From NCBI GenBank assembly GCA_902493595.1, contig CABUPU010000004.1:9958-73957 (forward strand): a DNA stretch of 64,000 nucleotides. The letters are read 5' to 3'. The notes beneath the pieces were generated by a model, which worked only from the letters and a program-made list of their open reading frames with translations, was not told the origin of the DNA and searched no databases. How positions within the stretch are numbered: the first letter of the stretch is position 1; each line of letters begins with the position of its first letter. Origin of the DNA: an uncultured Mycoplasma sp. Lineage in GTDB: Bacteria > Bacillota_I > Bacilli_A > RF39 > UBA660. This document shows positions 8,574 through 16,326 of this stretch, piece after piece. The translations under genes and the position numbers were made by a program.

Positions 8574-11330
8574 CTAAGCTAATAAAGCATAATTTAATTC
8601 AGCTAATATTTCTCTAAATTTTGCACCAAACAATTGGAAAAATTTAGCTAATCCACCCTTATTATTAAAAGGTGTTAATTCTAAATCGCTTTCTTTTATA
8701 TTCATTGAAATAGCAATATGATCTTTTATCATTCTTAACCATTCCATTTGTTCTTCACTGAATTCTCCATATCCTTCGTTTTGTTTAAAGCACCACTCTT
8801 TAAATTTAATATTAACAGTTGTATTAAATGATTTTAATTCAGTTGTTTGCTTTAATTCAAATTTAATTAAAGATATGATATCAGCAAGTTTGTCTTCTAC
8901 TCTTGTAGATACTTTATCACCATAAATAGTTGAATAAGCTTCCCATAATTTAGTATTTGATAGAAAATACGGAGCACTCATCATTTTTTCATATAATTCT
9001 TCAACCATTTTATAAGTTAATGGTCTATTTTTATAACTTTGATTATAAATAATATTTAATGCATCTATTGAATCTTTATTTTCTTCAATAAATTCTGCAA
9101 ATGTTTTAATTATTTCTTTGGCTTTTTCTTCTTTGTTTGTATCCCAGCCAGAAAACTCAATTGAATCTATATTTTCATTATCAATAATTTGATAATGCTT
9201 ATCTCTCGCTTCAAGAATAAATTTTCTAACTTCTGGATTATATATTGGTTTAATAGCTAAATCAATAATCTCTTGTTTTGTTGATTCATATTTACTATTT
9301 TCATCTGAAGATTCAATTTTTAAATTAATATAATCATCATCAAATGCATTTAAAATATTCTTCGCAACATCTATTATTGCTACACCGTCAGTTAATTTTT
9401 TAAATTCTTCTTTATCTTCTGTTTTAAGCACTTTATCCAAATTAATAAATCTATTTGCTATTGATGTCAATGTATCTTCATCTTTAGCACCAAATGCAAC
9501 GCTATTAAGTAAGTTTTTAAGTGATTCACTTGGTTTTCTTTCTAATTGTCTAGAAGTTGTTTTTTGTGATGATGTAACACCTACAGCATCTACAACTATA
9601 AATCCTAATTTTCTTTCTGTTGCTGATGGTGATACTTTTTTTAAATTATCTAGATCTAAAGTTCTTGTAGCTCTACCTAGCATTTGTTCAAAGTAATTCT
9701 TGCTTCTTACATCTCTCATGAAAATTAAACATTCAATAGGTTTAACATCTGTTCCTGTAGCAATCATATCTACTGTAACAGCAATTCTTGGATAATAATC
9801 ATTTCTAAATGCACTTAAAATTGATTTTGGATCTTCATCAGAGCCATAAGTAATTTTTTTACAAAATTCATTACTTTCACCGAATTCTTCTCTTATAATA
9901 TCTACGATATCATTAGCGTGACTATCTGTTTTAGCAAATACTAATGTTTTAGGAACTTCTTTTCTTCCTGGAAACATTTCTGTCAATACCTTTGACTTAA
10001 ATTCTTTAATAACATTTCTAATTTGCGATGGATTAACGATATCATTATCAAGTTGACTTGCTGAATAAACAACATCTTCATCTAATTGAGACCATCTTTT
10101 TTCTTTAGATAATCTTTCTCTTGTTTCAACAACTTGTTTTAATATACAAGCACCATGTTTTGTGATATTTGTTTCTATTAAATATGTTCCCTGTCTTCCA
10201 ACATTAACATCATCTAAAACAGCCTGTTCATGAGAATACTCTGATACGACATTTTCATTAAAGAAAGCAAATGTCCTTTGATCTGGAGTAGCTGTTAATC
10301 CAACTAAAAATGCATCAAAATAGTCTAATACTTGTTGCCATACATTATATATTGATCTATGACATTCATCGATAATTACAACATCAAAGAAATCTATTGG
10401 ATATTTTTTGTTATAAGATACTTCTTTTGGTCTTTCATTTTTAAATGACTTTTCTGATAATGATGATTCTTCATCTCTTTCATCCAATTCAAATCCTCTC
10501 AGAATTGAATACATTCTTTGAATTGTACTAATACATACATGAGTGTCATTTGGAATATATGATGAATTAAGTCTTTTAACATTGTATAATTCTCCAAATA
10601 ATCTACTATCATCATTTGGTCTATATTTTCTAAATTCTTCTTCAGCTTGTTCACCTAAATTTTTAGTATCAACTAAGAAAAGAATTCTTTTTGCCTTTGC
10701 ATATTTTAACAATCTATATACGGAAGTTATAGCAGTAAATGTTTTACCAGCACCTGTTGCCATTTGAATTAAAGCTCTAGGTTTATTTTCAGAGAATGAT
10801 TTTTCCAAATTAACAATAGCATTAACTTGACAATCTCTAAATCCATTTACATCAAGTTCTGGAAATTGTTTCATTCTATTTCTTAAAGTATCATTATCTT
10901 TTAGTAATTGTTCTAATTCTTCTGGTGTATGAAACATAAATATTTCTCTTGATCTTGCCTTTTCATCTTTGTAGTCACAAAATCTAATTATAATGTTTGT
11001 ACATTCATAAGCAAATCTGATTTCAGGTTGTTCTTTTAATCCTCTTAATCCACTTTTAATATATCTTAAAGATTGTTCCGCTACAACACCTAGCGTAGTT
11101 CCTCTTTCTTCTTTTTTAGCTTCAATAACACCAACAGGTTTACCTGCTATAAATATTAAATAATCTACAGGTCCACTATTGGTTTGTGCCTCTCTTAAAA
11201 TAACACCTAAAGATGCTGTAGGATTAAACGAATCAATATTTTGAATTACAAAACCTGCTTCTCTTAATTTTTTATCAATATCTATTCTTGCTTTTGCTTC
11301 GGGATTTAAATTTAAATCTTCTAATTCCAT
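8574..11330 (-). CDS. hsdR: Type I restriction endonuclease subunit R (EcoEI-type C-terminal domain)
   Basis: PD-(D/E)xK region VDYLIF..GVIEAKKE, Walker A QMATGAGKTF, DEAH-like IIDECHRS, and an EcoEI_R_C-like tail. The track ORF starts at 11357, but the ATG at 11330 has RBS AAGAGGT upstream, so I prefer 11330. Confidence 0.93.
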   Translation of the reverse strand: MELEDLNLNPEAKARIDIDKKLREAGFVIQNIDSFNPTASLGVILREAQTNSGPVDYLIFIAGKPVGVIEAKKEERGTTLGVVAEQSLRYIKSGLRGLKEQPEIRFAYECTNIIIRFCDYKDEKARSREIFMFHTPEELEQLLKDNDTLRNRMKQFPELDVNGFRDCQVNAIVNLEKSFSENKPRALIQMATGAGKTFTAITSVYRLLKYAKAKRILFLVDTKNLGEQAEEEFRKYRPNDDSRLFGELYNVKRLNSSYIPNDTHVCISTIQRMYSILRGFELDERDEESSLSEKSFKNERPKEVSYNKKYPIDFFDVVIIDECHRSIYNVWQQVLDYFDAFLVGLTATPDQRTFAFFNENVVSEYSHEQAVLDDVNVGRQGTYLIETNITKHGACILKQVVETRERLSKEKRWSQLDEDVVYSASQLDNDIVNPSQIRNVIKEFKSKVLTEMFPGRKEVPKTLVFAKTDSHANDIVDIIREEFGESNEFCKKITYGSDEDPKSILSAFRNDYYPRIAVTVDMIATGTDVKPIECLIFMRDVRSKNYFEQMLGRATRTLDLDNLKKVSPSATERKLGFIVVDAVGVTSSQKTTSRQLERKPSESLKNLLNSVAFGAKDEDTLTSIANRFINLDKVLKTEDKEEFKKLTDGVAIIDVAKNILNAFDDDYINLKIESSDENSKYESTKQEIIDLAIKPIYNPEVRKFILEARDKHYQIIDNENIDSIEFSGWDTNKEEKAKEIIKTFAEFIEENKDSIDALNIIYNQSYKNRPLTYKMVEELYEKMMSAPYFLSNTKLWEAYSTIYGDKVSTRVEDKLADIISLIKFELKQTTELKSFNTTVNIKFKEWCFKQNEGYGEFSEEQMEWLRMIKDHIAISMNIKESDLELTPFNNKGGLAKFFQLFGAKFREILAELNYALLA

Positions 11331-11504
11331 ACTACTACCTCTTACTTCCCATTTCATCTCACATATTCAATAATAATTATAACATACAATTCGACAAATT
11401 TTGATATTTTTCGACCAATTCGTACCAGAAATTACCAAATTGTATTAATAATCTTGACTATTTTTTAATTTTAAGTGATTAATACAAGGAATTGGAGGAA
11501 TTGT

Positions 11505-11828
11505 ATGATTAGAAAATGTACTGATGAGGATATATCTGATGAAGAATTAGAGAAAGTTATAAATCCTTTTTATGATAATTATAATGAGTATATTATTACT
11601 TATGTATGCCTGAAGTAATTGCATTTTATATAGCTAGTTTTTATAGTAGGAATGCTATGTGGAAGCAACATTTTATCAACATTATAATTCAGCTAAAGAT
11701 ACATTTAATGTTAGTGATGATGAAAATTATGAAAGTATTAAAGCTGAAGTAATTAAGTTATTAAGAATGAAATATTCTTTAGAAATTATTAGTGAAGATC
11801 CATTAGTTCTTAAAAAAATCGAGTATTA
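11505..11828 (+). pseudogene. Frameshifted small ORF of unknown function
   Basis: GGAGG RBS then MIRKCTDEDISDEELEKVINPFYDNYNEYIITYVCLK-stop. The reading continues in two other frames and ends ..EATFYQHYNSAKDTFNVSDDENYESIKAEVIKLLRMKYSLEIISEDPLVLKKIEY-stop. Confidence 0.4.
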
Positions 11829-12413
11829 GTTTTTGTTCTAATATTTTCAATCTTTGCAGTTCCTTCTGCCAAGCATTCAAGATCATAATGAAAATAGTAC
11901 TTATCAGCTCTTCTTTTCGTAGTAAGCGGTATCATTGTCCACAATTTTTTATCGCTTGTTGGCCTCCATAATATTGCTGATCTTAGCTTTCTTAATTCAC
12001 TGCCAATACCTATTCCAAAATCAACCAAGTAAATTGCATTTTGAATTAATTTATCTTCTTCTACATATTTTTTATTAATTATATATTTATCTCTGCACCA
12101 TTTTATATAGCTTATTCCCTCAAAATCACTTTTTACATTCTTGTAATATTAAATTAAAATCCTTTTTAGTTAACTTTAATGGTTTACCATGAACATAAAT
12201 ACATCTATTCATTTTAGATCTATTATAATCAGCAATTTTATTTACATCTACATATTTGTTAATGGAATTGTAATAAATACAGCCTTCTTTTTCTTTAGAT
12301 TATACCGGCATTCCAACATAATGATTTGCTGAAATATCATAGTTAATTAAAACCCATTCCTTATCAACTCTTTCATTAGTTTCATATATTTGTTTAAAAT
12401 TAATTGTTAACAT
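11810..12413 (-). pseudogene. Decayed PemK/MazF-like toxin locus (at least 2 frame disruptions)
   Basis: GAGGTG RBS plus ATG at 12413 gives MLTINFKQIYETNERV.., which stops after 37 codons and resumes in other frames. The last frame (..KWCRDKYIINKKYVEEDKLIQNAIYLVDFGIGIGSELRKLRSAILWRP..MIPLTTKRR) resembles long PemK/MazF-family toxins but has no in-frame ATG. Confidence 0.5.
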
Positions 12414-12430
12414 TTACTACACCTCGCTAA

Positions 12431-13516
12431 CTAATTACTCCATTTGTATCTTTCTCTATATTTAGCCATAAAAGAGTAATCATTAATATCGTTTTGAATT
12501 CGACCTATAACAATACCCGGTTTAACATTTTGAGAATCTGCAAACCTTTTTATTTCAGATAAACTTATATTGCTATTTTTAATAAAGTCTTCATAATCAT
12601 TTTGATTAATTAACATGTTTCTAGCAAACTTATCAGCTTCTTTTTCTTCTTCACTTTCAATAAATTGATAATCTATATATTGATTAGCAAAATCATCATT
12701 TGTTAAGTGGCCAATCTCATGGAACAAAGTAAACCAAAATATATCAGAGAAAGATTGTCTTATAGTCATACATAAAACAACTTTACCATTTCTTTTTTGA
12801 ATGAATCCTTGAACAGGTGCTCCAGTAAAATGTTTTACGACTTCAAATGCTATACCACACTCAGCAAAAATATTTTTCAATTCAACAACCATATCATTTG
12901 CAGGTAGAAACATTGTCCTTTTTATGTCTTCATATTTCGTTTTTAGTTTTTCTATATCATAACTATTAGTAATTTTTATTTTATTTGTAAAATACTCACA
13001 TAATTTTTGCCATGCATATAATACATATACATTTACTTTATTTGCCTTAGAACCTCTAAAAGCAGCTTGTTGAATAGATAAACTTGGTATACTACATAAA
13101 TTGTTTAAATTAAGAAATTTTCTCATATTTAAAACTGTTATTTCTTTTTTAGAATTACATTCAATTATTTCTGCATTTTCACAAAAATTAATAACATCTT
13201 TTAAATCTTTTAATATATTTAATTCTTTTTCTTCAATATTACTTAAACTATTAATTTCAAAAACTTCTTTATCATAGTTACTTTGAAGGTTCATCCAAAA
13301 ACTAGCAGGTATACCTAAAGCATACTCTAATCTATTTGCAAACTCAGATGATATATCCTTCTTTCCCCTCACAACCTCACTAATATGTTTAGGAGAATAT
13401 TCTGTTCTTATAGCTAATTCTTCTTGCGACATCTTCTTTTCTTCCAAAACTTCTTTAATTGTTTCCCCTGGATGAACTAACAAATCAAGGGATAAGCCAT
13501 TCACATTTCCCATCAT
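12431..13516 (-). CDS. higA: HigA-type HTH antitoxin fused to an ImmA/IrrE-family zinc metallopeptidase domain
   Basis: N-terminal XRE/HigA HTH (LVHPGETIKEVLEEKKMSQEELAIRTEYSPKHISEVVRGKK) and a C-terminal HEXXH (LFHEIGHL). Overlaps higB by ~32 nt. Confidence 0.8.
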   Translation of the reverse strand: MMGNVNGLSLDLLVHPGETIKEVLEEKKMSQEELAIRTEYSPKHISEVVRGKKDISSEFANRLEYALGIPASFWMNLQSNYDKEVFEINSLSNIEEKELNILKDLKDVINFCENAEIIECNSKKEITVLNMRKFLNLNNLCSIPSLSIQQAAFRGSKANKVNVYVLYAWQKLCEYFTNKIKITNSYDIEKLKTKYEDIKRTMFLPANDMVVELKNIFAECGIAFEVVKHFTGAPVQGFIQKRNGKVVLCMTIRQSFSDIFWFTLFHEIGHLTNDDFANQYIDYQFIESEEEKEADKFARNMLINQNDYEDFIKNSNISLSEIKRFADSQNVKPGIVIGRIQNDINDYSFMAKYRERYKWSN

Positions 13517-13832
13517 GATAATCTGCCACTCCTTTCAAATTAACTTTCTTACATTTTCTTAACGAATCATCATCTAACATTTCAGATAATGGTTCTACTA
13601 TTAATCTATAATTTCTATTAATTTTAATACCAAAAAGATTATCTAAATTTCCTACAAGAGGATGAGGATCACCCAAGCCGATATCTAAATACTCTTTAAA
13701 ATTATCTGCTGCCCTAAGTTGATCTATTCTCTGTTTTAGTGCTCTTGTCATATCAATACCAATAGTCTTCTTTAAGTTTTCAATATCACTTAATTTCTTT
13801 TCTAACCTTCTGTTATCAGCTTCGATTTGCAA
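13485..13832 (-). CDS. higB: HigB-type (RelE/ParE superfamily) toxin
   Basis: Pattern ..LRAADNFKEY..GDPHPLVGNL..FGIKINRNYRLIVEP...VADYH matches plasmid-maintenance killer HigB proteins. The likely start is TTG at 13832 (AGGAGG 7 nt upstream) rather than the track ATG at 13850. Confidence 0.72.
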   Translation of the reverse strand: MQIEADNRRLEKKLSDIENLKKTIGIDMTRALKQRIDQLRAADNFKEYLDIGLGDPHPLVGNLDNLFGIKINRNYRLIVEPLSEMLDDDSLRKCKKVNLKGVADYHDGKCEWLIP

Positions 13833-13927
13833 CCTCAAACCTCCTCTCATTTCTAAATTACCTAATAGGTAATTTTATTATATGCTATTTTTTTCAAAAA
13901 TACAACCCTTTTTACAAAAAAAGTCAT

Positions 13928-14116
13928 CTATTTTAATTCAGACAACTCTTCATAATTTTCTTCATTACCCATCCTTTTTAAATAATCTTTACCACCATCA
14001 ACAGCAACAGCACCGCAAGAGCACTTTTTATAATCATTTGTACTTTTAGACTCTATGATATCTCCGCATTTTTTACATTTGATTTTATTACTAATTATTT
14101 CTTCTTTCTTTTCCAT
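13928..14116 (-). CDS. Small zinc-ribbon protein (CxxC..CxC)
   Basis: CKKCGD..CSCG motif. The ATG at 14116 is preceded by GAGGAG; the track start at 14131 contains that RBS. Confidence 0.55.
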   Translation of the reverse strand: MEKKEEIISNKIKCKKCGDIIESKSTNDYKKCSCGAVAVDGGKDYLKRMGNEENYEELSELK

Positions 14117-14237
14117 AATCCAACTCCTCATAAGTATTATACCGTGATCTTATACTAATCATATCCTACCGTTTGCGGTATAATATTTTTGTAATCATAC
14201 GGATATTATCAATTTTGTCCGTATTAATGGTAAAAAG

Positions 14238-14343
14238 TCCATTGAGAATTTTTGCCACTTTTGCCACTTTTTCTCAATGAGATTTAAAATAAATAAAAAA
14301 TCCATTGAAGATTTTTGCCACTTTCGGCATTTTTTCTCAATGA
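14238..14343. repeat. Two tandem 43-bp imperfect palindromic units
   Basis: Units at 14238-14280 and 14301-14343. Arms CATTGAGAA/TTCTCAATG surround a ~22-nt spacer carrying TTTTGCCAC twice. On the minus strand each unit is a hairpin followed by a U-run. Confidence 0.75.
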
Positions 14344-14361
14344 ACCATTCTTAATTCAAAT

Positions 14362-14388
14362 TTTTTTGTACCTAAATTGTACCTAAAA
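14362..14388. repeat. 27-bp exact direct repeat, right copy
   Basis: Identical to 2380-2406. Confidence 0.85.
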
Positions 14389-14435
14389 TTATTTTATCAA
14401 CATTAGTGCCTCACAAACCCATATAAAATGGGCAC

Positions 14436-14473
14436 AAAAAATGAGAGCACGGTTAAATGCTCTCTTCAGGGGG
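14436..14473 (-). terminator. Terminator hairpin preceded by a CCCCCUGAA motif
   Basis: Minus strand reads CCCCCUGAA-GAGAGCA-uuuaaccg-UGCUCUC-AUUUUUUG. It may end the NUDIX transcript or a short independent RNA. Confidence 0.55.
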
Positions 14474-14600
14474 AAGAACAACCTACAACACCACCGTGAT
14501 GAGAACAACATCCTCTTTTAGCATAAACACTAATAGGTATTAATAAAATAATTAATAATAAAATCTTTATATTTTTCACTTCAAAAAACCTCATATTAAA

Positions 14601-14996
14601 TTATTCATATCTTTCCATTACATCTTTTGCAAGAGGTATATCTGCAGGAGCTAAATCATAATTTAATAAATCATTTATTTTTACCCAAGCATATTCTGAG
14701 TGTGCATGAAGTTTAAAGTTACCATCAATATATTCACATTCATATAATTTAAGTATTACATTACCATGTGGATAATTAAAAGTGCTTTGTGATATAAAAT
14801 CTTTTGCTTTAACTTTTACATCAAATTCTTCATAAATTTCTCTTTCTATAGCTATTTTTTCATCTTCATTTTCTTCGACTTTACCACCAGGAAATTCCCA
14901 TTTACCTTTTGCATCTTTATCCGTAGATCTTTTTGCAATTAATACTTTATTATCCTTAAAAATTAAAGCCGCTACTACATTTATATCTTTACTCAT
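14601..14996 (-). CDS. NUDIX hydrolase (MutT-like nucleoside triphosphate pyrophosphohydrolase)
   Basis: Nudix box GKWEFPGGKVEENEDEKIAIEREIYEEFDV; 131 aa. Confidence 0.85.
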   Translation of the reverse strand: MSKDINVVAALIFKDNKVLIAKRSTDKDAKGKWEFPGGKVEENEDEKIAIEREIYEEFDVKVKAKDFISQSTFNYPHGNVILKLYECEYIDGNFKLHAHSEYAWVKINDLLNYDLAPADIPLAKDVMERYE

Positions 14997-15074
14997 AATA
15001 CATTTACCTTTCGTTAATCCTATTATACTATATTTTCAATATTAAAAAAACTAAATGTTTCTTGACATTTAGCT

Positions 15075-15746
15075 TTATTTAACTTTCTTTATTAATACAT
15101 GGTAATGAAAAGATGAATATGTTTTATCATTTGATTCATAAAAATCTTCAATATGATTAATAAACTCTATTTTAAAATCTTTGAATAAAACTTTTATTAA
15201 ATCATAATCTGCATAAAAATGTGGTGTTTTATATTCTGGGCCCTCTTCCATTCTAAGTCTTGTATTTTCATCTACTAAAGGCCAAGAAGTTTGTTTAAAT
15301 CCCCATGTAGATTTAGAACCAAGTGTTAAATAGCATTCTCCATTATCCTTTAAAACTCTATAAAGTTCTTTAATTATTTGTTTAACTCCTTCAGTATCTT
15401 GATGTGATATAACATTTCTACATAATATACAATCAAAACTATTATCATCATATGGTAAATGAATCATATCACCTTTTTTTAAGTCTGCTTTTAAGTTAAG
15501 AGAATCTAGCCATTCTTTAGCTCTTGTTAAACCTTCTTCACTAATATCAAATCCATACGTTTTAAAGTCATTACTTGCAAATAATACAGTATGTCTTCCT
15601 AACCCACAACCTAAATCTAGAAAAGATTTAAAGCCTAGTCCTTTCCACCTATCAAGTAAATAATATGACTCAATACTTGGTATTTTCCATACACAGTTTG
15701 AATCATCCTCAACCATTTTCCAATTCCATCCTTTAGATTTAATCAT
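15075..15746 (-). CDS. Class I SAM-dependent methyltransferase (small-molecule type)
   Basis: Motif I LDLGCGLGRH. Preferred start is the ATG at 15746 (GGAGG 6 nt upstream), which gives an ATGATTAA overlap with the upstream ORF. Confidence 0.8.
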   Translation of the reverse strand: MIKSKGWNWKMVEDDSNCVWKIPSIESYYLLDRWKGLGFKSFLDLGCGLGRHTVLFASNDFKTYGFDISEEGLTRAKEWLDSLNLKADLKKGDMIHLPYDDNSFDCILCRNVISHQDTEGVKQIIKELYRVLKDNGECYLTLGSKSTWGFKQTSWPLVDENTRLRMEEGPEYKTPHFYADYDLIKVLFKDFKIEFINHIEDFYESNDKTYSSFHYHVLIKKVK

Positions 15747-15957
15747 TACTTCCTCCTTCAATAATTTTATTTAAATCTTTATTACTTTTAACACAATAAT
15801 ATGATTTAACATCCTCGATAACTTTTCCTATAAACTCATTATCATTAGTTTCTAATACTTTTTTCTTTGTTAATTTTAAATCTATCTTATCATCTCCTGC
15901 TGCATATAATGTTTCTATTACATAAAATTCATCTTTTACCTCAATAAAATATAGCAT
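15739..15957 (-). CDS. Hypothetical 72-aa protein
   Basis: ORF only; translationally coupled to the methyltransferase. Confidence 0.4.
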   Translation of the reverse strand: MLYFIEVKDEFYVIETLYAAGDDKIDLKLTKKKVLETNDNEFIGKVIEDVKSYYCVKSNKDLNKIIEGGSND

Positions 15958-16005
15958 AACTTTAGTAAAATCTAAATTAAAATTGCTATAACTTAAAGTA
16001 ATTCT

Positions 16006-16137
16006 TCATACTATTTCCCTATTACCATTTTTTATTGCATAATCAATTAATTTATCTAAATTTTCTTGTCCTATATTTTTAGGATGCTCTAAAGATAAAC
16101 AACTTTTAAGCTCATTTAAAATAATATCAAAATCCAT
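16006..16137 (-). CDS. Hypothetical 43-aa protein
   Basis: MDFDIILNELKSCLSLEHPKNIGQENLDKLIDYAIKNGNREIV, with RBS GAAAGGA 8 nt upstream. Not in the ORF track (too short). Confidence 0.3.
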   Translation of the reverse strand: MDFDIILNELKSCLSLEHPKNIGQENLDKLIDYAIKNGNREIV

Positions 16138-16220
16138 TTATAATCCTTTCAAAGATAATACTCTGCATAAAAGTTCATGTATATCCTTAGTATACAATAC
16201 AAATTATTATAATTCAATTA

Positions 16221-16326
16221 CAAAGTACGCATTTTTTGAAATATAATTTTGCCTAACTTATGCTAAAAAATCACTATTTTTTAGTGAAAACTGTCAAACA
16301 AAAAAATCTCTTTCGAGATTTTAATT
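16221..16326. repeat. ~106-bp direct repeat, left copy (3' UTR/terminator module)
   Basis: About 95% identical to 18852-18958 (1 indel and ~4 substitutions). Contains the terminator AAATCTC-tttc-GAGATTT and ends exactly at the dpnB stop codon. Confidence 0.85.

Noticed and set aside
14238-14343. Considered whether the two 43-bp repeats are a mini CRISPR array.
   Set aside because: There are only two copies, each is a long-arm palindrome with a U-run, the 20-nt spacer is an A/T run, and no cas genes or leader are present.
14395-14520. A 40-codon minus-strand ORF (MLFSSRWCCRLFFPLKRAFNRALIFCAHFIWVCEALMLIK) that could be a type I toxin-like peptide.
   Set aside because: The GAGG abuts the ATG with no spacing, and the frame reads straight through the terminator hairpin. 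It is more simply explained as non-coding.
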